Source: Dudresnaya verticillata (taxonomy: Eukaryota). Taken from it: a stretch of 64,000 bases of DNA. A program made the translations under genes and the position numbers. Shown here in pieces: positions 1-11,572 of the stretch. The notes beneath the pieces were generated by a model. The model was not told where the DNA came from. It searched no databases and was given only the letters and a program-made list of their open reading frames with translations. Location of the stretch: the NCBI GenBank assembly GCA_977862235.1, contig OZ374560.1:1984001-2048000 (forward strand), in the 5' to 3' direction. How positions within the stretch are numbered: the first letter of the stretch is position 1; every line of letters starts with the position of its first letter.

Positions 1-1228
1 ATGTTAAAAGGGAAAGGGGTGGGATATGGCTTCGGCCCGCGTCGATGCGAACTTATTTGTGGCGAGAGCGTTCGCCGGCGCAGCAGCTCACCACGTCGGG
101 CCGCTGCCCAAGGTGAGTGCTGCGCGCGCGCGCGCATCGAGCCCGCATGCGTCGCCACTGCGCCACGACAGCGGTCGTCTGGGCGCGGGGCTTGCGTGAG
201 CCGCTGCTCAGGTGCAATAGGCAAGCGTGCCAATCCCATGTGGCGCCCAGCGCCGCTGCGCGGCATGCCGCCTTGGCATGGGGGAGACCACAGTGGTTGC
301 CCTTGCGCGCCCGTCTTGGGCGCCTAGTGCCACTGCGGCTAGCTTCGGCGAGGCCGCTGCCTCGCACCCACTTGCCGGCGGCGCGCCGCTTCTGGCTACT
401 CAGCCGCTGCTGTTGCTCCCGCCAGGAGGCGATTTGCGCCCAAATTATAGCCAATCGTTGGCTGGGGGATTTTCGCAACCCCTTGCATTGGCTGTTGCCT
501 TCCGGCCCGCTGGCCTGGTTGGGTGTTTCCCAACCCCCGGCTACAGTACGTACTGTAGCCGGAACACTTTTCGCGCTCGATGCGCTGCGTGCGCCCCGCG
601 CCGAGGCGCACGCGAAAAGTGACGCTCGCTTTTGGGGTGCCGTTGCGCATCGAGTGCAACGGCACTCCGGTGCATCCGAGTGAAATGGCGATCGGGCCGC
701 TGTCCTTTGTACCACACCACTTCGCTTCGACAGCGACGGCCTTGGGCGCGTCGACGCGCCCGCTCCGCACTCACGCTGCTGTGACCCCTCCTCGCTCAGC
801 AGCCGCTGCGGCTGGCGCGTTGGGTTGCACTGGCGTGAGCGACGGTAGCGCCGCGTGCGCGGCGCTGGTGAGCGGCTTCGGTAGCCGCTGGTCAGCGCCC
901 CTTACCTTGCGTGCGTGAGGCGTCGACGCCTGTCACGCGCGAAGGCGAGGTATCGGCTGCGTCTCCTCGCCACTTGCGAGTGCGTGCAACCAGCCCGGGG
1001 CCACTGCCCCAGGCTTGGTTAGCTGGCAGCTGCCCTGCGCGCATCGATGCGCCGGAATCAGCGCTCTGCTGCCCCGCTCTTGCGCTGCTGCCGCTGCTGC
1101 TTGCGCAAGGGTGACCTGTCTGGGCTCGGCGCCCAGTGCAGGGTAGGGTGAGGCATCGATTGCCTTTGCAAAAAGGCAACGAATGCCTGCGGCCCCCTCC
1201 TCAAGCGCGAGGCGCCCCCGCCGAGGGG

Positions 1229-4200
1229 TTATGAGGAGGAGCGAACGGCTTCGAGCCGGTTGGTGTTTCGCCGCCGCTGCGATGCGAAATAGTGGCTCAC
1301 CATCTCCTCGGGAAGATGGGAACGTGGCTCCCACGTCGGCTTGCGATAGCCGGTCCACTTCACCTTGAACACGAGCGTGCCATCGTCGGCTGTACCGTGG
1401 TCAAGGACCTTATCCATCACGAACCGCGGGCCGTTGACGGCTTTGGACGCGAGTTCCTCAGTGGTGGGTAAGTAGGCGCTGCGCTGCGCAGTATCCTCCC
1501 GCAGCGGCGGGGGACAGTAGACGGCGCGGTCCGCTGCGATGCGTTCGACCAAGCCGCCTCTGTCGATAAACAGCGTGCGCTTGTCGTTGAGCAGCACGCG
1601 GTAGGGCCCTATCGCTGGGCTCTGTAGCTTCTTGGGTTTCTTAACCCCGTCGCTCGCGTCGATGAAGACGTAGTCTCCCGCTCGAATGCGGGAGTTGACC
1701 TTTCTGACACGCTTGTCGAAGTCTTTCTTGTAACGCCGCTGCGTTTTGTCGAGAGCGCTCGATGCGCTTGCGAAGGCGGCGTCGAGCCGCTTGAGGACGT
1801 CCGCGCGCACGTCCTCACTAGGTTTCGGTCTGGCCGCTGCCTTATGAAACTTAGTGAACTCCGGTGGCGGCCGGGACAGCACGAGGCTGAAGGGTGTCGT
1901 CCACGTCGTGCGATGGACATGGCAGTTGTAGGAATACGTCAACGCCGCTGCGTATCGATCCCAGTCGCCCTGGTGATCGTTGATGTAATTCCTCAACATG
2001 CCCATGACGGTCCGGTTGTAGCGCTCAACCTGACCGTTCGCCTGCGGGTGGTAGGCGGACGTGAACACGTTGTTCAGTCCGAGGTAGCGGCACACTGCCT
2101 GAAAGAACTTAGAGGTGAATTGCTTCCCGTTGTCGGACAACAGAGACCTCGGTGGTCCATAGTGGAAGATCCACCTCTCACAGAACGCCACTGCAACGTG
2201 GTACGCTGTGATGGTGCGCAGCGGCGCTACTTGAGTCAGCTTCGTGAATCGATCCGTCATGACGAGCAGGAATCGCTTTCCTGACTTCGTCTTGGGCAGC
2301 GGCCCTAGGATATCGATCGCGAGCGACTCGAGCGGCCTCGTGGCCGGGAACAACTTCAACTGATGAAGGGACCTCCGCAATCGTATGCGGTTCCTGGTAC
2401 AGTGCCGACAGTTCCGAACTGTCATGGCTATGTCCGCTGACATGTGTGGCCAGTAGTAGCTCTCGCGGAGCGTGTAGAAAATCCTGTTCTGGCCAGGGTG
2501 GCCAGCCAGGAGGGAGTGGTGCGCGAGCGTGAGAAGCCGCGGCTGTAGCGCTTCGGGCACCACTATTTGCTCCAACGAGGAGATGACGGGGTGACGCCGG
2601 CACAAGAGCCCGTCCTCGTCCTCGAAGAAGTGGCTATCCCGTCGACGGGACTGCCGTGCCAACACTGTTTGGCAAAAAGAGTCGCGCCGCTGCGCATCCA
2701 CCAATTCCTCGACGGTTATTGGTGAAGGGAGCTTCACCGGTTCGACCCGGGTGAGGTCCGTCTGCTCTTGGCTCGCGTCGATGCGGCCAAGGTCGACGTC
2801 GTCGCAGTCGTCCCAGGCTTCATCGTCGGCAAACCCCGGTGGCTCGTCGCTGTCCGAGGGCTCCTTGGCTTCGCTGCCAGTGCCGTCCACTGCGGCCGGT
2901 CGATCCGGCGCCTTCCGCGTCGACGCGTTGGCTTGGGACCGCGTGGTCAGCAATACCGACGGTGCCTTGGGTTCGGTACTCGAGGCACCCTTCTTCTGGC
3001 GGTCGACCGCCGGGGGGTCATAGGTAGGGACGTCGTCGTCAACCTCCTCTTGCTGCCGTCGAGGCCTCACCAGGCGGGACAGCGCGTCCGGCACCTGGTG
3101 TACCCTACCCGGGCGGTACTCGATCTGGAAGTCGAATTCCGCGAGTCGTAACCGCCAGCGGGTGAGGCGACCGGACGAATCGGTCAAAGACATGAGCCAG
3201 CGCAAGGCGTCATGGTCGGTTCGTACCGTGAACCGGGTCCCTTCGATATAGGGACGCAGGGTTGTGATCGACCACACCACTGCAAAGCACTCGCGCTCCG
3301 TGGCCGAGTAGTTTCGCTCCGCTGAGCTTAGTGAGTAAGACCAGTACCCAACGGGGTGTAACTGGCCGTCCTCTTGCTCCTGGAGCAGGGCGCATCCAAG
3401 CTGGTACGCCGATGCGTCCGTGTCGAGGACGTACGGTTTGCCCTCGCGAGGGAGTCGTAGGATAGGAGGCGATAAGAGTGTCGCTCGCAGCGTCTCGAAT
3501 GCCTCTAGCGCCGCTGCGCTTGGATTATCGAAATCCACATCCGCATCCTTGCGGGTCATATCCGTCAGCGGACGCGCGATCTTCGCGAAGTTCCTGACGA
3601 AGCGGCGGTAAACGTTACACGCCCCGAGGAACGACCTCACCTTCGTTAGGGAGGTCGGGAACTGCGCATGGCGGAACGCGTCGATGCTTGTCTTCGCCAT
3701 GCGTAGTTTCCCCTGCTCGATCACGTGACCGAGGTAGTCCACGCGGGACTAGAAGAAGCGGCACTTCTTCAGCTTCAGGGACACGCCGCCCTTGCGAAGC
3801 AGAGTCAGCACGCGGTCTAGGTGACCGACGTGCTCCGCGATCGACCGCGAGAATATGATCACATCATCGAGATAGAGCAAACAACACTTCCATCTAACTC
3901 CGCTGAGTATGATGTCCAGTGCACGCTGGAAAGTCGCGGGGGCGTTCTTCAGTCCGAAGGGCATCCGCAGGTAGCGAAACGTTCCTAGGGACGTCGTGAA
4001 CGTGGTCTTATCCCTGTCAGCCGCTGCGACAGGGATCTGCCAGTATCCCGCGTTGCAATCCAGCGTGGAGAAAATGGCAGCGTCGCCAAGACTGTCGATA
4101 CAGTCATCCATGCGTGGGAGTGGGTACGCATCGCTCAGGGTTTTGGTGTTAAGACGTCGATAGTCCACACAAAACCTGAGCGTGCCATCCCTCTTGGGCG

Positions 4201-5790
4201 CCAGAACGACTGGCGATGGCCACTCTGACGTGGCGGGTTCGATTACCCCTGCACGCAGCATGGTCTCGACCTCGTTCTGTACGAGCTTCCGCATAGCGGG
4301 GCCCTGTCGATAGGGCATTGAGCGAATCGGCCGCATACCGGGTTTCACGTCGATGTGGTGTTGCATAGCGGCAATCGTGCCGAGCCTCCCGTCCCACATG
4401 GACTGATGCTTCCGAAGCTTGGTGAGGACTTCTTCGCGGGTGACCTTGTCTTCGATAGACGAAAGGACCACCTGCGACTCCCAGTCCTCGACGGACTCTC
4501 TCTCTTCTCCGCCGCTGCTGTCGCTGCTGCTTGGAGCTTTGTGGGCTCGGGGCCCCTTGCCATCGACGGCGTGACTGGGGGGTCGTTGCTCCCCTTACCC
4601 CTGGGCCGTTGCCCTTTGTGGGGAAGGGTGGTGATATTCATCACCCTCCCGAACTCTTCCGCGACGTCGCGGTCCGGGGTTATTAGGGCGACTGGGTTGC
4701 GGACCGCATAGCCAATCACGGTACCCTTCGGTAGGGTCCGGGCTTTGTCCGTCCAGTTGCCCATGATAACCCCGAAGGATCGCCCCGACTCGATGTCGTG
4801 CACCCCGTTGGTCAGTCTCACGCCGTGACGGAACTGCAACGAGGGTTTGGGCTCCGTGTGGACTAACCCACTAGCCCCCGATGTCACCGAGACGAGCCTC
4901 TGCGAGTAGGCTGGGACAACCACCTGCCTAGCGAGGCGTATGGTGTGGGTATCATGATCCCAGTCGAGGAGCTCCCGCTGGTGGTTCTTCGACAAACCCT
5001 TCGATGGGTTCTTCGGCTGCGTTGCCGGACCGGTTCCCTAGCTAGGGTTCCTGCGGCTGAGGATGGGCACCGAGCCTCCTTTCCTCAGCGTCAGCCTTCT
5101 CAACTCGACGTCGATTCCGCGCACGTGCGCGTTGATAAACTGCGTGCCTATCAGTACGTCGACCGCGAGCGTGTCGGCGACGATGAAAGGCACGCGGAAC
5201 GTCGTGTTCCCCAACCTCATCGAGAGGTGGACGACGCCAGAGAGCCTCAGCGGAGTCTTGTCGGCGCCTGCCAGGCGTGGCGCGGAGTCGATCTCTGGCG
5301 CGTTTTCCTCCCAGCCTGCGGGCTGGGCACCTCGAGCGATGAGGTTGTACCCGGAGCCGGTGTCCACCGCGATGGTGTGGGGTATCATAACCCGCGGGTC
5401 CGCACCGAGGGACCCGGACACTCGGTAAATCTCGGAGGACAGGAGGCACACGTACCCATCGGGGGTAGTGGCCGGCTCTGCGTCGATGCATGGAGCCCCG
5501 GTACCCTCGCGTCGAGCGTCGGGTACCGCCTGCCCCGCCGTTGGGGAGCTGCGCCCTTTCCGCCTGGCCTGTCGCTTGCGTCGACGCCGCGGCGGCCAGG
5601 GTGGTTTGGTACGCGTCGCCCACGACGTCCCGTCGACCGGGACGTCACTCGTGTCCTTCGAAGCGCCGCTGCGCCCGACGTGGGGGCTCGCTGCCCCCAA
5701 CGCCGTCGAAGGTGGAAGGGATGGTGGGTCTGGTGTTGGACAAGACGGTGCGCGCGACCGCACGAGCGGCGCCGCCTTTATTCTTTTTCC
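1229..5790 (-). pseudogene. pol: pol of element 1 (PR, linker, RT, RNase H, integrase, chromodomain), disrupted
   Basis: PR IAVDTGSGYNLI (ORF 5038-5763); RT RFCVDYRRLN, MPFGLKNAP, YLDD (3749-4471); RNase H LDTDAS, RTDH; INT H..GH..C..C, DILGP, SDNG, NGQVER, GPY; chromodomain KVLDH..FKVKW..TWEP. In-frame TAG at 5038-5040 and 3749-3751, frameshift near 4490. Confidence 0.93.
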
Positions 5791-8204
5791 GGATGGACCC
5801 GGTCAGAATAATCCTCGGAATCCGAACTTTCGTGCTCGATTCCGACTGGGTGTTTCGTAACCCCTGAGGCGCCTCGCGTCGATCGCGGAGGCGTGTCAAA
5901 AAGGAGAGGGGAATCGCTTCCCTGCCCGCTGGCTGTCTCTCCCTTGTGCCGCGCGTCGAGCGCTTGCGGAAGCCACTCGTCGGCGGTGAGGCCTGTGTGC
6001 TCCTGTACCGTCATAACTGCTCGGAGCAGTTCGCGGCGCGGGTCGGCCCTCGGAGGCGTCGATGCCTGAGGTTGACGGCCAGCGGGCTCGTCGAAGCCGA
6101 CCCGCTTATCGCGCAGCAGGAACCGCGGTGCGTCGCCTTGGCGGTACTCGCGGCGTGGGTCTCGACGATCCCCGCGGTACCCCTGCGGCTCTCCGCGGTA
6201 CCTTGGTGCGCCCATGCGCTGCGGGGGACCTCTCGCGTCGAAGCGTCGGTCCCCACCCCGCGGCGCGTCGTAGCGCCGTGCGGGGTTCCTTGTCCTTGCG
6301 CCCGCTGGCGCGCGCTCGTCGATGAGCTGTTGGAGCATATTGCGCGAATGCGGCTGCGTTTCCATTCGATGGTTGCAGTTCGCATACGCGCAGTACGTCT
6401 GCTGTTCCTTCGTGAGGTACGGGCACGAATACATGATGTGCCCGACCTCACGGCAGAACCAGCAGATGTACCATCCCTGTCGATCAGGGATGACTGCGCG
6501 TGCCATCGCCTCCTGCGTTGGAGTGAGTGGTGGTATGCGCTTGGGTAGGGCCGCGTCGATGCGTCCTGTAATGTCGAGGGTCTCGACGGCCTCGGCCGAC
6601 CCGGCTGTCGATAGCGCGGGTGCGACCATCACGGGTTCGAACCCGTCGGCGTCAGGGTCCACCAGCATTGTGCTGTCGATAGCAACGTCCCCGATGGGAT
6701 AGCTTGGTGGGCCCTCGATGAGCAGTGTACGGCCGCTTTCAGAGCTGCCACCTGACCTGCCACGCCCCGAGGTGTTCGTAGGCTGCGCTGCCTTTGCCGA
6801 ACGGGCGCGGTAGGTTGTGCCCTCGCTATGGGCAATCCGACGAACGGTACTAAAATTGGTCTGTTCGACCATAGGCAACTGCCTGACCTTCTCCGCCACT
6901 GCGGGTCTTGTCGTGGGCAGCAGGCTCCGAAGGAACTGATGCGTCAAGTTCTCATCGGAGTACACGCCAGCGCAGGCGTCCGCATACCCTTCGAGGCGAG
7001 TAGCGAACTCAAGCTCAGACTCGGCGTCCCTCTGCTTGGCGGTGGTCAGCCGGTCATGGGCGTCTGCGATGACGTCGTCCGGGACGAACCTCTCGACAAG
7101 GGTATTGACCACCGAGGCCCAGCAGAGTGGGGTGCCGCGCTGCGTTGTGCGCACCCCAGAGAACAGGTGACTCGAGTACTCCTGCGACGCGGTTCTATCG
7201 AGAAACCAGGACATCACACGCGCCGCTGCGCCTTCGGATAGTCCAACGCCATTGAATGCTTGGCGTAGCTGTCGAAGCACGCCAAGCAGGCGAATCGGCT
7301 CCTTGCCGTCGAACCGGTCGAGCCGGGGCATCAGGGCCTTCATGCGGCTGACAATCTTCGCAGTGTTGCCGCTGCACACCTGCTGTTGATTGTCCCGCTG
7401 ATCTACGTCATCGAGACGGTACGAGCAGTAGTCGATCGCCTTAGCGAACTCTGGCACCAACGTGGTTAAAGGCTCGATGCCTGCCATGAGTGGGCCCCAA
7501 TGCCAATAGGCAGAGACGGGGCCCTCGTGCTGTTGGGGGGTCGGTCCCCCCTTTGTGTTTTGCCCGTCGAGGGCTTGTTGGAGCAACCTGGGGTCGACCC
7601 CGTAGAACGGATTGGGGTCCCCACTCGGATAGTGCGACCCCGCCGCACTCCTCGGTGGAGATGGCGGTGGTAAAGGAAAGCGATGCCGAGCTCGTTGCTC
7701 GGCAAGTATGGCAGCGGCCAATTCTTGAACTGCACCCGCTGGTGACTGCGGTCGCGGAGGAGAGCGCTGCGCCGACGACGGGCCTGTAGCCCGCTGGCGT
7801 TGCCGCGTCGGCGCGCGCTCTATCAACTCAACGCGGCGGCGTAGCTCATCGAGGAGCCCCTGTGACCGGGTTATTCCGTCCTCGATGGACGCCAAAGGAC
7901 CGCGTCGAAGCGTGTCCAGGTCTTGCTGGCCGTCGGCCTTCGCCGCAGCTATCGAAGCTGTAACGTGGTCGTACACCTCGACTAGCGAGTCCATGGTCTC
8001 CTCATACAGCAGCTGGAGGTCGGGCACCGAGACCAGACTCCCGGCGAGGGCCTTTTGCAGCGCGGCCCTCCGCTCGAGCCTCACATCGTGTAGAGGAGTA
8101 CCTGAGACGCCGATGGTACTCAGTATTGAGGTGCGACGCGTCGCGTCCTCAACTTCTCCGGTAGCGGCCGATGCGGCAGCGGCCAGGTCAGGAGGACTCG
8201 ACAT
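5778..8204 (-). CDS. gag: gag of element 1 (808 aa)
   Basis: Open ORF starting about 45 nt after the PBS; capsid-like FDGKEPIRLLGVL region; zinc knuckle CWFCREVGHIMYSC. Confidence 0.9.
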   Translation of the reverse strand: MSSPPDLAAAASAATGEVEDATRRTSILSTIGVSGTPLHDVRLERRAALQKALAGSLVSVPDLQLLYEETMDSLVEVYDHVTASIAAAKADGQQDLDTLRRGPLASIEDGITRSQGLLDELRRRVELIERAPTRQRQRATGPSSAQRSPPRPQSPAGAVQELAAAILAEQRARHRFPLPPPSPPRSAAGSHYPSGDPNPFYGVDPRLLQQALDGQNTKGGPTPQQHEGPVSAYWHWGPLMAGIEPLTTLVPEFAKAIDYCSYRLDDVDQRDNQQQVCSGNTAKIVSRMKALMPRLDRFDGKEPIRLLGVLRQLRQAFNGVGLSEGAAARVMSWFLDRTASQEYSSHLFSGVRTTQRGTPLCWASVVNTLVERFVPDDVIADAHDRLTTAKQRDAESELEFATRLEGYADACAGVYSDENLTHQFLRSLLPTTRPAVAEKVRQLPMVEQTNFSTVRRIAHSEGTTYRARSAKAAQPTNTSGRGRSGGSSESGRTLLIEGPPSYPIGDVAIDSTMLVDPDADGFEPVMVAPALSTAGSAEAVETLDITGRIDAALPKRIPPLTPTQEAMARAVIPDRQGWYICWFCREVGHIMYSCPYLTKEQQTYCAYANCNHRMETQPHSRNMLQQLIDERAPAGARTRNPARRYDAPRGGDRRFDARGPPQRMGAPRYRGEPQGYRGDRRDPRREYRQGDAPRFLLRDKRVGFDEPAGRQPQASTPPRADPRRELLRAVMTVQEHTGLTADEWLPQALDARHKGETASGQGSDSPLLFDTPPRSTRGASGVTKHPVGIEHESSDSEDYSDRVHPEKE

Positions 8205-8250
8205 CCATTACTTCGATCGCGTCGATGCGAGAAGTACTTGGGTCTCGACG

Positions 8251-8270
8251 ACTTCTAGGTCGGGAGACCA
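8251..8270 (-). promoter_or_regulatory. Primer binding site of element 1 (TGGTCTCCCGACCTAGAAGT), possibly tRNA-Tyr
   Basis: Starts with TGG after a 1-nt spacer from the LTR end; implied tRNA end ...GGGAGA-CCA fits the G72/A73 of eukaryotic tRNA-Tyr (inference). Confidence 0.7.
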
Positions 8271-8271
8271 G

Positions 8272-9046
8272 TGTAGTATAGACGTCGGGTCGATCCGACG
8301 TCTGATACTTGCTGGTCCGAAGCCGCCACACAGACCCGTCGATGGGTAGCTGTTGGGGTTGGTAGAGCGGTGTCGGCCGCGTGCGCCCCGCAGGTCCGGA
8401 TCGACGGCGTCGATGCCGGAGCGCGCACGGGGCGTACCGTACGCGGGTAGGCAGCGGCAGGATCCCAGCGTCCCTGTCGAAGGGCGGCACGAAGCCGACG
8501 GAAAGGAAAAGGAAAGGGGAAAGCCTAGCGAGGCAAGGGGAAAAAGGGGAACCGCCCACTGGCGTAAGACAAAGGGATCGAATCCGAAAAGGCTGGGGGC
8601 AAGCTTCAGCGCGAGCTGTTGCTTGCCCGGTTTACTGAGCCGTCGATGGCCGACGGTCTTAAATACCCTACACTATGTGCACTACGACTACTTCTACAGT
8701 AGGTGCGCCCCACAACACCAACGCGGGAGGTGTGCGAGCGCGCGCCCATACACGTGTCGACACGTCCGGGTAACGGTTACCCGTGGGCGCGCGCGGGGCG
8801 TAACGGGCAGCGGCCCTCTCAACGGCTCGATTCCGGAGAGCGTCACAGGGGCGCGCCGTGTGCAGCACGGCGCGCGGCCGCTGCCGGCAGCAATGCGGTC
8901 GACCGCTACTAATTTCAACGAAAAAACTAAGGGCACGCTGCCCAACCACGACTACCCAGCGGGTGTCATCGTGTGCACCATTACAGTGCGGCGCTGCCAG
9001 CATACCTTACAGCCGCTGCTGGTAGTGTGCTGACAGCTATACTACA
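8272..9046 (-). repeat. 5' LTR of element 1 (family A, 775 bp)
   Basis: Termini TGTAGTATAG...CTATACTACA form a 10-bp inverted repeat; homologous copies at 9047, 11573, 16196 and 59403. Confidence 0.95.
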
Positions 9047-9710
9047 CGAGCCGCTAGCTTCTTCTTTGATTTTAGTAGCTGTCGAGCGCATTGCTGCCGG
9101 CAGCGGCCGCGCGCCGTGCCGCACACGGCGCGCCCCAGTGACGCTCTCCGGAATCGAGCCGTTGAGAGGGCCGCTGCCCGTTACACCCCGCGCGCGCCCA
9201 CGGGTAGCTGTTACCCGGACGTGTCGACACGTGTATGGGCGCGCGCTCGCACACCTCCCGCGTTGGTGTTGGGGGGCGCACCTACTGTGGAATAGCCGTA
9301 GTGTACATAGCGTAGGGTATTTAAGGCCGTCTGCCATCGACGGGTCAGTAAACCGGGCAAGCAGCAGCTGGCGCTGAAGCTTGCCCCCAGCCTCTTCGGG
9401 TTCGATCCCTTTGCCTTACGCCAGCGGGCGGTTTCCCTTTTCCCCCTTGCCTCGCTAGGCTTTTCCCCTTTTCTTTTACATTCCGTCGGTTTCGTGCCGC
9501 CCTTCGACAGGGACGCTGAGATCCGGCCGCTGTCTACCAGCGTACGGTACGCCCCGTGCGCGCTCCGGCATCGACGCCGTCGATCCGCACCTGCAGGGCG
9601 CACGCGGCCGACACCGCTCTACCACACAACAGCTACCCATCGACGGGTCGGTGTGACGGCTTCGGACCAGTGAGTGTCGGACGTCGGATAGACCCGACGT
9701 CTATACTACA
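9047..9710 (+). repeat. Family A LTR in opposite orientation, U3 end cut by insertion of element 1
   Basis: Reverse complement of about 8272-8935, ends GACGTCTATACTACA at 9710; no PBS follows. Confidence 0.9.
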
Positions 9711-11572
9711 GGTACTAATACTCCTTCCAGTCGTTCCCATCATCATATCCGCACTGTCCTTTGCCAACAATCCTCCGCGAATTGTCGCTCGTCTCGCATA
9801 TTTTCTGCGCTTCCATACAACGGGGAAAGCTAGTTTTCAGGCAGAAGCATGATTCACTATGCTTCACCTCTTGCGTATATTAGATCGCTGTCTTCTCTTC
9901 TTAGACGGTAGTCGTCTTCCGGGTGCTGCTGCATTTCCGGACGTCTACGGACACCATGTGACGGTCCCTCAGGACCGGCAAGATTGCAATCAGCGCCATC
10001 ACCATCTTCGCACTAAGCTTGCTACTTTTCTACGTGATGTTTTTCGCTCTTATGTTAGAAAAGTGCCCCTTGAAGACCCTTAAGCGCATCCTACCTACCC
10101 CGATCGCGACTGTATCGTCTAGATATGTTGGTCCACCACAGCAATTTCTCAACTCGACCACAAGATCTCGATGTGCCTTTCGTGCGTCCGTATTATATTC
10201 TGGTAGTACTAACAGAATACCTTATCAGGCCATCGCAGCACGTGAGCGTGCAAAAGCGCACTGCTTCGTTCTATTATCCTTCTTCACGGTTTCGAACGTA
10301 ACGTACAAACCATGCTAGATATTTATGGTCATATTGGGACTGGCTTCGAGACCTCATTGCAGGCTTGCGACTAGTTCCTTGTTGAGAAGAAATAAATAAC
10401 CCCGTGTTTTGACTAACACTCACTGACTGCTCGTAGTAATTCTTTAGTCCTACAGTACAGTGTTTCGAGGTATTTGCTAATTTTCGTCGTCTGCAGTCTA
10501 TTAAAACAGCTTAGACATCCCGTACGAGTTACTTGCTATATATGATGTCTATGATAAAAATGATTTACCAGTTATCTCTTTTCAGTTTTTTCCTCACAGA
10601 GTCAGAAGTTTTAGAAGGTGACTGCTGAAACTACAGTTGCGAGTCCGCCTTTTAACGACCGCTGTACAATCTCTGTTGTGCATCCAGTTCTCAAGAGGAA
10701 TTCTGGCTCGTTTCCTTATTCCTTCGTTCTGAAGGCAGTTAAGAGTTCTTTCACTAGGCTTGTCCGCGTTTTCACGGCATGGCCGTGACCTGAAAAGTAC
10801 TTGGAAGCGGCTGAAATGTACTGTAGAGCTGATTAACTACTGAACCGACCTTTTATTGACAGGAAACCAGTATACGATAGCAAATATTATTCGTTTCCAG
10901 ACATAAATGACGTCCTCATTCTTGACAAAACGCTAGCCTCTTACTAAGTTGGCTTTTTCGCTTATGCTATGTCCCCTAGTAAACATTGTGGAGTTACCTG
11001 GGGATGCCTGGAGCAAAATAATTCATTTGGAGGCCATTTGGACTGCAAAAGGATGATAGGATCACCAATGGGGTTCAATGAAGGTTGTGTGGGTGTGACT
11101 GGAGTACGCCGTCATCATAGCAGGATGTCCTCCGCAAATCCTCCGATCACCATCCACACGCTCTCAAAAAGTCACATCACCCCCGAATGTACTCAATTTA
11201 ACCTCCAATACAGAGGTGGAATCCTCCGGACATATTGCCTAATGTTTACTAGGGACCCCTTCGGAATTACTATGCCATGCCAGATTTCCGACGGCGAGTT
11301 AGGCCCCCCTGTGAACCCACCTTGATCTGAACGGGAAAGCATTGTGCTCGATATTCCGTTGTTTAATGCATTGATCAAATCATCTCCGCCAAGGTCATCT
11401 CAGCCAAGGGCATGACCCACTGCAGCTTGCCGCCTCTGTGACTTTCGAATTACGGCAACACCGCTGGTTCCGGGTCTCATAATGGTTATCATTGAGCTCA
11501 TGCATCTAAAACGGTCGTACCAGGCTTTCGCTGACCAGTGTCAGGAAAGAGGAACTTCCTTACCTTCACACT

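Larger units (their letters stand above)
1..9046 (-). mobile_element. Ty3/Gypsy chromodomain-bearing LTR retrotransposon (element 1, LTR family A); 3' LTR lies beyond the left edge
   Basis: 5' LTR 8272-9046, PBS, gag, then PR-RT-RNaseH-INT-chromodomain order on the minus strand; 1-1228 is GC-rich 3' internal sequence. Confidence 0.95.

Noticed and set aside
1..1228. Many overlapping ORFs of 100-220 aa
   Set aside because: Very GC-rich 3' internal region of element 1; R/A/C-rich translations on all frames with no motifs
5030..5050. TAG-GGA after the protease as programmed read-through
   Set aside because: Wrong position for gag-pol control, and the same pol has other lesions; a point mutation is simpler
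4945..5811. 288-aa plus-strand ORF and other ORFs opposite gag-pol
   Set aside because: Shadow frames of GC-rich coding sequence
8353..9603. Repeated ORFs such as SRCAPQHQRGRCASARPYTC
   Set aside because: Translations of LTR copies; they recur because the DNA repeats
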